Source: Rhodothermales bacterium (GTDB taxonomy: Bacteria > Bacteroidota > Rhodothermia > Rhodothermales > JABDKH01). From it: 64,000 bases of DNA. Shown here piece by piece: positions 9,300 to 18,374 of the stretch (positions are counted from its first letter, which is position 1; each line of letters starts with the position of its first letter). Position numbers and translations under genes: made by a program. Below the pieces are notes generated by a model that ran no database searches, was not told where the DNA came from, and was given only the letters and a program-made list of their open reading frames with translations. The DNA lies in contig CBDCYH010000002.1 in assembly GCA_965224105.1 (NCBI GenBank), positions 1,785,112 to 1,849,111 of the forward strand. Reading direction: 5' to 3'.

Positions 9300-10250
9300 A
9301 TGCAAGCTTTTCGCGTTTCGGTCGTACTGGTGGCCGCTATTCTCGCAACCGTAGCCGCCGGGTGTACACGCGAGCCCAAACCTGAATCGGGTGCCGCCGC
9401 ACTCAACGTCGTCGCAACAACAAATCTGGTCGGCGACCTGGTCGAACAGATAGGAGGGATGAGGGTGAATACCGTGAGCCTGATGGGTCCAGGCGTCGAT
9501 CCACACCTCTACAAAGCCAAAGCCGGAGACGTCGGCCGGCTTACTAGCGCAGACGTGATCTTTTATGGTGGACTCCACCTCGAAGGCAAAATGGTCGAAC
9601 TGTTTGAAGAGATGGCACACCGGGGTCAGAAGACCATCGCCGTGACGGATGGCTGCGACAAGAGTTTGTATATCGAGTCAGAAAGTTTTGGTGGCAACTA
9701 TGACCCACACGTCTGGTTCGACGTGAACCTCTGGGCGTGCGCGGCAGAGTACGTGGCTGCGGAACTGGTCGCGGCAGACCCCGAGGGGACTGCCATCTAC
9801 AGGACCAACCTGGAAACGGTGTTAGAAGATTTTAACGAACTGAAAACGCACATCCACCAGCAGGTGAGTCGTCTACCGGAGGAACGCCGGGTGCTCGTTA
9901 CCTCCCACGATGCCTTTGGATACTTCGGCCGGGCCTACGGGTTTGAGGTTTTCGGCTTGCAGGGTTTAAGCACCGAGCTCGAAGCCGGGACGGCAGATGT
10001 GCAGAGACTGGCCAACCTGGTGTTCGAACGAAAACTGCCTGCGCTATTCATCGAATCATCCGTCTCACCACGAGGGATTGAAGCCGTGCGAGCGGCCGTG
10101 CGCGCAAAAGGGTTTGATGTCCAAATTGGAGGCGACCTCTTTTCCGATGCGCTCGGTGAGAAAAACACTCCGGAAGGAACGTATGTCGGGATGGTCAGGC
10201 ACAACGTGAATACCATCGTCTCGGCCCTCGCCGCGAATCCACAAAGGTAA
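9300..10250 (+). CDS. metal (Mn/Zn/Fe) ABC transporter substrate-binding lipoprotein (TroA/MntC/ZnuA family)
   Basis: Signal peptide plus lipobox VAAGC. Cluster-9 SBP pattern ([24 protein letters not shown]). The ORF track starts at TTG 9291; ATG 9300 is preferred. Confidence 0.85.
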   Translation: MQAFRVSVVLVAAILATVAAGCTREPKPESGAAALNVVATTNLVGDLVEQIGGMRVNTVSLMGPGVDPHLYKAKAGDVGRLTSADVIFYGGLHLEGKMVELFEEMAHRGQKTIAVTDGCDKSLYIESESFGGNYDPHVWFDVNLWACAAEYVAAELVAADPEGTAIYRTNLETVLEDFNELKTHIHQQVSRLPEERRVLVTSHDAFGYFGRAYGFEVFGLQGLSTELEAGTADVQRLANLVFERKLPALFIESSVSPRGIEAVRAAVRAKGFDVQIGGDLFSDALGEKNTPEGTYVGMVRHNVNTIVSALAANPQR

Positions 10251-10999
10251 TGTCCGCAAACAATGCCATCGAGGTACGCGACCTCACTGTCGCATACAGA
10301 GAAAAACCTGTTCTCTGGGATATTGACCTCGATGTGCCATCAGGTGTTCTGATGGCGGTGGTCGGACCGAACGGCGCCGGCAAAACTACGCTGGTTAAAT
10401 CGATCCTCGGCCTTGTCGACACCGCCGCCGGTGAAGTCGAAATAAATGGCAGGCCGCTGCGCAGGAAAAACTCCGGCGTGGCTTATGTGCCGCAGCGTGG
10501 TTCGGTTGACTGGGACTTCCCGACCACTGTCGTGGATGTGGTAATGATGGGCCTGTACGGGACGCTTGGCTGGATCCGCAGACCAGGGAAAAAGGAACGA
10601 GATAACGCCATGGCTGCACTCGAAAAAGTGGGCATGGCCAAATACTTCAACCGACAGATTTCCCAACTGTCAGGAGGACAGAAACAGAGGGTGTTCCTCG
10701 CTCGGGCACTCGTCCAGGATGCGTCGGTCTATTTTATGGATGAACCATTCCAGGGTGTTGACGCAATCACCGAGCGAGCTATCATCGAGTTGCTCCGTGA
10801 GTTGCGGTCATCCGGTAAAACCGTGGTCGTGGTTCATCATGATTTGCAGACGGTGCCAGAATACTTTGACTGGGTGTTGCTACTGAACGTGCGGCGGATC
10901 GCATCAGGCCCAGTGAAAGAGGTCTTCACCCACGCCAATCTGCGGGCGACCTACGGCGGCCGGATCGGGTTTGTCGATTCTCTTGCCAGCGAGGAGTAG
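10250..10999 (+). CDS. metal ABC transporter ATP-binding protein (TroB/MntB/ZnuC-like)
   Basis: Walker [10 protein letters not shown], signature LSGGQKQR, Walker [13 protein letters not shown]. The start overlaps the SBP stop. Confidence 0.9.
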   Translation: MSANNAIEVRDLTVAYREKPVLWDIDLDVPSGVLMAVVGPNGAGKTTLVKSILGLVDTAAGEVEINGRPLRRKNSGVAYVPQRGSVDWDFPTTVVDVVMMGLYGTLGWIRRPGKKERDNAMAALEKVGMAKYFNRQISQLSGGQKQRVFLARALVQDASVYFMDEPFQGVDAITERAIIELLRELRSSGKTVVVVHHDLQTVPEYFDWVLLLNVRRIASGPVKEVFTHANLRATYGGRIGFVDSLASEE

Positions 11000-11000
11000 C

Positions 11001-12128
11001 GTGGAGCTCTCCGACTTTATATTCGACTACACCCTAAGAAACGTAGCGCTGGGCGCGGCGGTGCTTGGGATTGTGAGCGGGGTGCTGGGTTCGTTTGCCG
11101 TCCTGCGCAAGCATAGCCTTATAGGGGATGCGATCTCGCACGCCGCGCTGCCAGGGATCATCCTGGCATTTTTGCTAACCGGCTCGAAGTCGCCTCTGGT
11201 TCTTCTGCTGGGCGCAACCGCCGCCGGACTCGCTGCGATGTTCTCTGTAAACCTCGTAACGGATCGAAGCCGCGTAAAATTTGACACCGCGCTGGGACTC
11301 GTGCTCTCCGTTTTTTTCGGGCTGGGCCTGGTGCTTCTCACGATGGTGCAGAGCCGCCCCGATGCCAATCAGGCAGGACTGACCAAGTTCCTTTTCGGGC
11401 AGGCCGCGGCGTTAGTCCAGCAAGACGTTTTGCTAATGACCGTGGTTGGCGCGGTCGTTATCCTCGCAATGGTCATCAACTGGAAGCAGTTTAAACTCCT
11501 GGCCTTCGACCGGGAGTTTGGCTCGTCCCTCGGAATCAACATGACATCGTTTAACGTCTTGTTGACCGTCCTCCTGGTTGTCGCCATCGTAATCGGTTTG
11601 CAGACGGTGGGCGTGGTGCTGATGAGCGCAATGATCATCGCACCTGGCGCAGCTGCGCGTCAATGGACGGACAGGCTCGGCAAGATGGTCTGGCTCGCCG
11701 CTTTTTTCGGTGCTCTCTCCGGAGTCGTCGGTGCGAGCCTGAGTAGCGTAAGTGGAAATCTGCCCACCGGCCCGTTGGTAATTCTAAGCGCCGGTGTTAT
11801 CGTCACCGTTTCCTTGCTGCTCGCCCCTGAGCGAGGGGTGATACCACGGTACCTCCGCGAGTGGCGCAACGGTCGGCGCCTGCGCGCTGAGGCCGTCCTG
11901 CTAGACCTGTACGCCCTGGCCAACCAGCACGCATCCGATACCCATCCACATAGCGAAATTGTACTCGACGTGATGAGCCATTTTAATCAGGGCGCCCGTA
12001 ACTCACTGCAGCATCTGCGAGAGCAGAAACTCGTCGCGGAGGTGCAACCTAAAGTTTGGTCGCTTACCGAGAAAGGTGTCAACACAGCCCGCGACCTGTT
12101 GGCGCAACACGAATCAGATATTTCGTGA
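11001..12128 (+). CDS. metal ABC transporter permease (ABC-3/TroC-like) with about 84-aa C-terminal DtxR-N-like winged-helix tail
   Basis: GTG at 11001 just after the ATPase stop. A polytopic ABC-3-type core is followed, from about nt 11874, by EAVLLDLYALANQH...ARNSLQHLREQKLVAEVQPKVWSLTEKGVNTARDLL, which aligns by eye to DtxR residues about 8-80. Confidence 0.85.
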   Translation: MELSDFIFDYTLRNVALGAAVLGIVSGVLGSFAVLRKHSLIGDAISHAALPGIILAFLLTGSKSPLVLLLGATAAGLAAMFSVNLVTDRSRVKFDTALGLVLSVFFGLGLVLLTMVQSRPDANQAGLTKFLFGQAAALVQQDVLLMTVVGAVVILAMVINWKQFKLLAFDREFGSSLGINMTSFNVLLTVLLVVAIVIGLQTVGVVLMSAMIIAPGAAARQWTDRLGKMVWLAAFFGALSGVVGASLSSVSGNLPTGPLVILSAGVIVTVSLLLAPERGVIPRYLREWRNGRRLRAEAVLLDLYALANQHASDTHPHSEIVLDVMSHFNQGARNSLQHLREQKLVAEVQPKVWSLTEKGVNTARDLLAQHESDIS

Positions 12129-13243
12129 TGGGACTATCGGCGAACGTAGAAATCCTCCTGATCGCGGTCGTCGCCGCAGCCGCGTGCGCCCTCCCCGGCG
12201 TGTTCCTGATACTCCGGAAAATGGCAATGATGAGTGACGCGATCAGCCACGCAATCCTGCCCGGAATCGTCGTAGCATTCTTCGTTACGTCCAACCTCAA
12301 TTCACCACTGCTCATTGTCGGCGCCGCCCTCACCGGCGTGCTCACCGTCTTCCTCGTGGAAACCCTCATGAGCACGAGACTGCTTCGCGAGGATGCGGCG
12401 ATGGGACTTACGTTTCCTGTTCTGTTCTCGATTGGAGTGGTTCTGATTGCCCGATACGCCGGGGACATCCACCTCGACACCGACGCCGTCCTGCTCGGCG
12501 AGCTGGCCTTTGCGCCATTCGACCGCTTCACCATCGGCGGACGGGACATCGCTCCCGCTGCGCTTGTAACCATGACCGTCGTCCTCTTGTTGAACATGGC
12601 ATTCATCCTGCTTTTCTACAAGGAGCTCAAGCTTAGCACCTTCGATGCGGGCCTTGCCGCAGCGCTAGGGTTCTCACCAGTCGCCGTACATTACGTGTTG
12701 ATGGGCCTGGTATCCACAACGGCGGTCGCCGCGTTCGATGCGATGGGATCTATTCTGGTTGTCGCGCTGATGATCGGCCCCCCGGCCTGTGCCTACCTTC
12801 TCACAAACAACCTCTCGCGCCTAACAATTTTGAGTGTGATAATCGGAGCTGCCTGCGCCGCTGGCGGCTTCGCCATGGCCGCCGCATTCGATTACTCCAT
12901 TGCCGGTTCGATCGCAGTTGTTATCGGACTAACGTTCGCCGCTGTGTTTCTTTTCTCACCCCTCGACGGACTCATTGTGCAAAACATCCGCAAAGAAAAA
13001 CGGCGGATCGGGTTTGGGGAAAAATTGCTCGCCATTCATCTTATCCAGCATGAAGGGCTACCGGAGGAGGAGCGAGAAAACCGCGAGATACACTTGCAGG
13101 AGCACCTCAACTGGGACGAGTCTTTTGCCGAAGACGTAGTGGCGTTGGCATTGCGCAATGGCAACGTTCTGCGGGAGGGTCCCATGCTGGTCCTCACCGA
13201 CTCCGGTCGCGAGCTGGCCACGTCTAGCGTTGTTGATCCCTGA
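12127..13243 (+). CDS. metal ABC transporter permease (ABC-3/TroD-like) with about 84-aa C-terminal DtxR-N-like tail
   Basis: ATG at 12127 overlaps the upstream TGA. The ABC-3 core is followed, from about nt 12989, by EKLLAIHLIQHEG...FAEDVVALALRNGNVLREGPMLVLTDSGRELA. The ORF-track start at 12056 lies inside the previous gene. Confidence 0.85.
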
Positions 13244-13280
13244 GTTTGGCTCGACGGTCCGACAGGAAGAATCAGCAGAC

Positions 13281-13309
13281 AAAAAAAGCCCCGCCAAAAT
13301 TGACGGGGC
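13281..13309 (-). terminator. rho-independent terminator (minus strand)
   Basis: Minus-strand read GCCCCGUC-AAUUUU-GGCGGGGC (8-bp stem including one G-U) followed by UUUUUUU. Confidence 0.75.
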
Positions 13310-13495
13310 CATAGTCATTGCCACAGCGCGAGTACGAAGAACCTCTTCATACCACGGTGGGCGCCGCTCGCTTTCTTCCACCTTCCACGGTTTGTAGTAC
13401 ACGTCTACAATCTCTTGCGAGTGTGGCCTGATGTCCAAAGGCGAAGGATGGCTCCCAATGTAAAATTGTTAGGTTCTTACATTGTGCGCTGTGAC
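13310..13495 (-). ncRNA. candidate structured small RNA downstream of zapA (6S-like architecture; identity unproven)
   Basis: Two perfect collinear 8-bp long-range helices on the minus strand: CACAGCGC (13486-13493) with GCGCUGUG (13322-13329), and AAGAACCU (13471-13478) with AGGUUCUU (13337-13344). They are separated by a symmetric 7x7 internal loop, enclose about 125 nt, and are followed by the terminator at 13281-13309. Confidence 0.4.
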
Positions 13496-13504
13496 AAAGA
13501 GCAC

Positions 13505-13792
13505 CTAGACGCTCACTACGGCGTCCAGGGTATCGTGTAATTCCTCGAGATTGGAAGATACGGTATTTTCAATTTCCTGCAGCGCCGCCTGCGCAGAATA
13601 AAGTTCATCCGTAACAGCAAGGGCGGTAATGATCGCCGCGGTAATATCCGATTGGTCCGGATGCGCATCCAGAAACGCGCGGATCCGCGTATCTAGATAG
13701 TCCGCCATCTCCTGCGTCCGGTCGATATCCGCCGCGTTAACCCGCAACGAATATTCTTTGTGCAGAATCCTGACCTTAATGGAGTGATCCAC
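13505..13792 (-). CDS. zapA: cell division protein ZapA
   Basis: 95 aa with the ZapA-like pattern VRILHKEYSLRVNAADIDRTQEMADYLDTRI...IITALAVTDEL. Confidence 0.8.
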   Translation of the reverse strand: MDHSIKVRILHKEYSLRVNAADIDRTQEMADYLDTRIRAFLDAHPDQSDITAAIITALAVTDELYSAQAALQEIENTVSSNLEELHDTLDAVVSV

Positions 13793-13794
13793 AG

Positions 13795-14070
13795 CTACGC
13801 CTCCATTTTTTCGAGGTACATATCAATCGACGAAATGAAATGCTGGATTTTCTTGCGAGCAGCATCACGATCGCCGTCAGTAGTCACCAGGCCGGGCTGC
13901 TGGCCGTCGGCCGTCCGCTCCCAAAGAACTTTCAAACTCTCAAGTAGCTGTTCGTTTTCCTGTCGCAATCGCTCAAGTTCGCCAGTTGCCTTTTCAACTT
14001 TTTCCTTGAGTGATACAAATTGTTCGCTGAAGTCGGTCATTTGAGCCGGAGGTGATGCGTGACGCTTCAA
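13795..14070 (-). CDS. small coiled-coil protein (ZapB-like, function inferred from position only)
   Basis: Heptad-like charged sequence FVSLKEKVEKATGELERLRQENEQLLESLK, directly upstream of zapA. The start may instead be the ATG at 14040 (MTDFSEQF). Confidence 0.5.
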   Translation of the reverse strand: MKRHASPPAQMTDFSEQFVSLKEKVEKATGELERLRQENEQLLESLKVLWERTADGQQPGLVTTDGDRDAARKKIQHFISSIDMYLEKMEA

Positions 14071-14075
14071 TATAA

Positions 14076-16535
14076 CTACTGCCGCAGTTCAGCCCCAAAC
14101 TGCTGTTCAAGCGCTGCAATAATCTTTTTGATTGACTTGTCGACCTCCGCGTCGCGAAGCGTCCGGTTCGCGGCATAGGTGAGGCCGAACGCCAGGCTCT
14201 TCCTGCCGTCGACCACGCCCTTTCCGGCGTAGACGTCAAAGAGACGCACGTCGGCAAGCAATTTCCCGCCCGCATTTCTAATTGCTGATTCAGCTGCGGA
14301 CGCGGGTGTTGCAGACTCTACAACCACTGCCAAGTCTCGTTCCACCGTCGGGAATCGACTGACCGATGTATACTTCGTAACACCCGATGGCGCCTTTTCG
14401 AGGAGCAGACTCAAATTAAGCTCAGCGAAGAACACCGGAGCTTTCAGGTTTGCAGCTGCGAGTAACTTCGGATTGAGTACGCCGGCCAGCCCCGCATGTC
14501 TGCCGCCAAGAGCAATGCTGATAGCCGGGTTTGCTATCGTGGCAGGCACAGGATGTTGCGAGTATTCAGCTGCTATTCCAAGCTTCTCGAAAATCCGGTC
14601 CGCGATACCCTTCACATCAAAGAGATCAAACGGATTTGCCGATCGGTCCCATGCGGCTTCCGGCCTTTCCCCTGCAAGGCATATGAGCAGGCTCTCGTGC
14701 TCGATGTATCCGGGTATTAGTGAGTTACGGTGCTGCCCCTTCCTGAACACATGTCCTAATTCGAAAAAACGCACGCCCTTCTGACCGTGGTTGAAATTGA
14801 ACGCGACCGCAGAAACAGCCCGTGCCAGCAGGCAAGGCCGAAGTGTCGTCATTCCACGATTGATCGCGTTCGCTGTGTCTACCACGTCTCCAAACATCTC
14901 ATCACCAAACATGGCCCGGTCGTTGTAGACGGATGCATCTTCGGAAGAAAGAAGGCTGTTCGTCACAATTTCCATGAAACCGCAACCGGATAGCAGTGAC
15001 CTTATCTGGTCGCGCTTGTCCACGCTCGAGTCGGGTGGCAGGGAAGGGATAGACACGGATGCTGGCTCCGGGATCTTGTCGAACCCGTGCAGCCTGATCA
15101 CTTCCTCGATGAGATCAATTTCTCGCGACACATCGGGCCGGAACGAGGGCACTTTGCAAAAAAGTTCGTCGCCTTGTTCGGTTATGTCAAAGCCAATGCC
15201 GGAAAGGAGCCGAACGATTTCCTCTTTAGCGATCGGCACACCCGTAATTCGGGCAACGCGCGAAACGCGCATGCGAACGGGTTCGCGTTCTGGCTGCGGG
15301 ATTCTTACATCAACTATTCCCGGTACCAGCTTGCCCCCACCAATCTCGGCAATCAGCTCTGCAGCCCGCCTCGCCGCCCACGCCTGGCCTTCCGTGTCGA
15401 CACCACGCTCAAACCGGTAGGACGCATCCGTCTGGATGTCCAACTCTTTGGCAAAACGCCGCGTAAGCGACGGATCAAAGTAAGCACTCTCCAGCAAAAC
15501 GGTTGTTGTCGAATCGCTTACCTCAGAGTTGGCGCCGCCCATGATCCCGGCGATAGCTATCTCGCCCTCACCATCACAAATCATGGGTGCCCCGACCGAC
15601 AGTTTGTGCTCTTTTCCGTCAAGAGTCACGAAAGTCTTTGTCGTCTCCGTTGTCTTGACCCGGATCTCTTTTCCTCTGATGAGATCGTAGTCAAAAGCGT
15701 GCAGGGGCTGGCCACACTCGTACATCACGTAGTTGGTAACATCTACGACGTTGTTAATTGGTCGCAAACCGACGGAAGTGAGCCGCGCTTGTATCCAGTC
15801 TGGAGACGGTCCGATCGTTACATCCGTAACAGCCATTGCAACATACCGGTAGCAGGCTTCTGGCGAATCAATCGCTACGGAAATCATCTCGTCAAGATCT
15901 TTACCGGTCGACGCCCCGCTAAGCCGTGGGCGCTTCAGGTTGGCGGAGGCAAGCGTCGCAACATCTCTGGCAACACCAATGTGGGAGATAGCGTCCGGGC
16001 GATTGGGGGTAATGGCGATGTCAAGGACGTGATCGCGCGACGGATGCTTGCGTCTGTCGAGGTAGTCGGCGAGAGGTTCACCGACAGCCGCATCAGATTC
16101 CAAAACTAGAATGCCGGTGTGGTCTTTGCCAAGCCCGAGTTCGTCTTCAGCGCAGATCATCCCGTGGGAGGGGACCCCGCGAAGTTTGCTCTTCTTGATC
16201 TTCAACTGAACCGGCTCACCGCTCTTGTCTGTCACGACTACCGTACTGCCAATGGTCGCGACGGCCACTTGTTGGTGCACGGCAACATTTGATGCACCGC
16301 AAACAATCGAAAGGGGCTCGTCGCCGCCAATCGTGACCTGGCACACGCGGAGTTTGTCTGCGTCCGGGTGTGGCTGCACGTCCAGCACCTGCCCGACGAC
16401 GATTCCGTCCAGGTTTATCCCGGTCTGAATAATTTCCTCTACCTCCAGACCACTCATAGTGAGCGCATCCGCTAACGCGCCAACGTCGTAAGGATGGTCG
16501 ACGTATTCCCGTAGCCAGCTGGTACTAATTTTCAT
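14076..16535 (-). CDS. pheT: phenylalanine--tRNA ligase beta subunit
   Basis: 819 aa. N-terminal tRNA-binding domain (MKISTSWLREYV...), B3/4, B5 and C-terminal FDX-ACB-like domains. Follows pheS. Confidence 0.95.
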   Translation of the reverse strand: MKISTSWLREYVDHPYDVGALADALTMSGLEVEEIIQTGINLDGIVVGQVLDVQPHPDADKLRVCQVTIGGDEPLSIVCGASNVAVHQQVAVATIGSTVVVTDKSGEPVQLKIKKSKLRGVPSHGMICAEDELGLGKDHTGILVLESDAAVGEPLADYLDRRKHPSRDHVLDIAITPNRPDAISHIGVARDVATLASANLKRPRLSGASTGKDLDEMISVAIDSPEACYRYVAMAVTDVTIGPSPDWIQARLTSVGLRPINNVVDVTNYVMYECGQPLHAFDYDLIRGKEIRVKTTETTKTFVTLDGKEHKLSVGAPMICDGEGEIAIAGIMGGANSEVSDSTTTVLLESAYFDPSLTRRFAKELDIQTDASYRFERGVDTEGQAWAARRAAELIAEIGGGKLVPGIVDVRIPQPEREPVRMRVSRVARITGVPIAKEEIVRLLSGIGFDITEQGDELFCKVPSFRPDVSREIDLIEEVIRLHGFDKIPEPASVSIPSLPPDSSVDKRDQIRSLLSGCGFMEIVTNSLLSSEDASVYNDRAMFGDEMFGDVVDTANAINRGMTTLRPCLLARAVSAVAFNFNHGQKGVRFFELGHVFRKGQHRNSLIPGYIEHESLLICLAGERPEAAWDRSANPFDLFDVKGIADRIFEKLGIAAEYSQHPVPATIANPAISIALGGRHAGLAGVLNPKLLAAANLKAPVFFAELNLSLLLEKAPSGVTKYTSVSRFPTVERDLAVVVESATPASAAESAIRNAGGKLLADVRLFDVYAGKGVVDGRKSLAFGLTYAANRTLRDAEVDKSIKKIIAALEQQFGAELRQ

Positions 16536-16543
16536 GACGCGAG

Positions 16544-17557
16544 TTAGTCAAATTGTCGCAGGAATCTAACGTCGTTCTCGAACAGGATCCGTATGTCGTC
16601 GATTTGGTAGCGCAACATGGCAACCCGGTCGATGCCCATGCCGAACGCAAAACCTGAGTAAATTTCGGGATCAATGTTTACTGCTTCCAGGACGTTCGGG
16701 TCTACCATGCCGCATCCGAGGATCTCCATCCACCGTCCGCCGCCCGGGAGGGAGTTGTCCTCCCACCAAAAATCGACCTCGGCGCTAGGTTCTGTGAAAG
16801 GGAAGAAGCTTGGCCGGAGTCGCATTTTCGTTTGCGGTCCGAAGATAGCCTGCGCAAATAGTCGGAGCGTTTGTTTCAGGTCGGCGAAGGTCACGCCTTT
16901 GTCTACGTACAGCCCTTCGAGTTGGTTGAAGAAGCAGTACGACTTGTAAGAGATGGTCTCGTTGCGATAGACACGGCCCGGGATCACCACGCGGATCGGA
17001 GGCTTTTGCTTGAGCATGGTCCGAATCTGGACAGGCGACGTGTGTGTCCTGAGGAGCACGTTCTCTTTTTCCCCGTCGTTGACCTCCACGAAAAGTGTGT
17101 CTTGCATGTCGCGCGCGGGATGGTCGGGAGGGAAGTTGAGTGCGGTGAAATTGTGCCAGTCATCCTCAATCTCCGGTCCGTCTGCAACAGTGAAGCCCAT
17201 CTTCTGAAAGATGTTGACCATGTGGTTGCGAGCCTGGGTAACGGGGTGGAGTCTGCCGGATGGAACGGGGCGACCTGGTAGCGAGACATCGATTGCTGAT
17301 GTGGCTTGCGCGTCCGTGGCGGTGGTTGCAGAGTTCTTTGCCTCATCGAGTCTTTCCTGTACGCGCTGCTTCAGGACGTTAATGGTCTGGCCGAACTTTT
17401 TGCGCTCGTCGGGGGGAAGGCTCGGGATCACCTTCATTGCTTCCGTGATCCGTCCCCGCTTCTTTCCGATGAACGCGATGCGAAACTCTTCCTGCTTATC
17501 GCTCGAGCCAAGGTCGGCATCTTCGATTTCGCGTCTTATTTGTTCTATGTCAACCAT
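16544..17557 (-). CDS. pheS: phenylalanine--tRNA ligase alpha subunit
   Basis: 337 aa with class II motifs (HPARDMQDTLF, FRNE-like YRNETISYKS, FPFTEPSAEVD, GMGIDR). Confidence 0.95.
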   Translation of the reverse strand: MVDIEQIRREIEDADLGSSDKQEEFRIAFIGKKRGRITEAMKVIPSLPPDERKKFGQTINVLKQRVQERLDEAKNSATTATDAQATSAIDVSLPGRPVPSGRLHPVTQARNHMVNIFQKMGFTVADGPEIEDDWHNFTALNFPPDHPARDMQDTLFVEVNDGEKENVLLRTHTSPVQIRTMLKQKPPIRVVIPGRVYRNETISYKSYCFFNQLEGLYVDKGVTFADLKQTLRLFAQAIFGPQTKMRLRPSFFPFTEPSAEVDFWWEDNSLPGGGRWMEILGCGMVDPNVLEAVNIDPEIYSGFAFGMGIDRVAMLRYQIDDIRILFENDVRFLRQFD

Positions 17558-17575
17558 CGGGGGTCTCTTTGCAGT

Positions 17576-17610
17576 ACAAAAAACCCGCCTCGCGCTTCAG
17601 CGCGGGCGGG
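17576..17610 (-). terminator. intrinsic terminator/attenuator-like hairpin between rplT and pheS
   Basis: Minus-strand read CCCGCCCGCGC-UGAA-GCGCGAGGCGGG followed by UUUUUUG. The U-tract ends about 18 nt before the pheS ATG. Confidence 0.6.
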
Positions 17611-17644
17611 TTCGCAATGACATCAATATACGGTAGTTACCGCC

Positions 17645-17989
17645 CTACGCAGAAGCCTTAACGACCTCGGCAAAAGCCTCGGGGTCGTGCACTGCAAGGT
17701 CGGCCAGGACTTTTCGGTTCAGCTCAATCTCGGACGCGTGCAGCGCGCCCATCAGCTTCGAATACGTGGTGCCATTTAGTCTCGCAGCTGCATTGATTCG
17801 GGTAATCCACAATCTGCGGAACTGGCGCTTGCGCTGCCGGCGGTCGCGATACGCGTATTGGAGTGACTTGTCGACCGCATGCTTGGCGACGGTGTAAATA
17901 GTGCCGCGACGGCCCCAGTAACCCTTGGCCATCTGGAGGACCTTGCGTCTTCGCTTCCGTGATGCGACTCTGTTCTTGGCGCGTGGCAT
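17645..17989 (-). CDS. rplT: 50S ribosomal protein L20
   Basis: 114 aa, [26 protein letters not shown]..., canonical L20. Confidence 0.95.
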   Translation of the reverse strand: MPRAKNRVASRKRRRKVLQMAKGYWGRRGTIYTVAKHAVDKSLQYAYRDRRQRKRQFRRLWITRINAAARLNGTTYSKLMGALHASEIELNRKVLADLAVHDPEAFAEVVKASA

Positions 17990-18024
17990 TAATCTCTTCC
18001 TTCGTTCGTGATTAGCGCAATGGC

Positions 18025-18219
18025 TTACGTGCTGATCATCCGCTTCGCTCGCCTCTCATCGGCCGGGTCTACTATCGTTCCCTTCCGCAAGTTGCGCTTC
18101 CGCTTCTGTGACTTCTTCGTAAGAATGTGGCTGGCAAACGCTTTCTTCCGCTTCACCTTGCCCGTACCAGTAAGCGAAAAACGCTTCTTGGCGCCACTGT
18201 TGGATTTCATCTTTGGCAT
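18025..18219 (-). CDS. rpmI: 50S ribosomal protein L35
   Basis: 64 aa, [14 protein letters not shown]..., canonical L35. Confidence 0.95.
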   Translation of the reverse strand: MPKMKSNSGAKKRFSLTGTGKVKRKKAFASHILTKKSQKRKRNLRKGTIVDPADERRAKRMIST

Positions 18220-18374
18220 TCTGCCTGTCGCTTGAAGGCGATTTCTCGCCGTGACTCAGCCATCGCTGGCCGAAAAACCATTGCAAACCACTAAAATACG
18301 GCGACAGACCGTCAGGCGCAATCGCCGTTATCGGTGAGACTCGCCAGGCAGACCAAGATTCTGTGAAGTGACTC

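Noticed and set aside
13058-13438. 126-aa minus-strand and 79-aa plus-strand ORFs in the transporter-zapA gap
   Set aside because: The minus ORF mostly overlaps the 3' end of the permease gene antisense. Both have implausible composition. The gap is better explained by the hairpin-rich RNA and terminator.
15087-16109. 340-aa plus-strand ORF
   Set aside because: Antisense to pheT, whose identity is unambiguous. The product has no domain signature and an R/S-rich composition.
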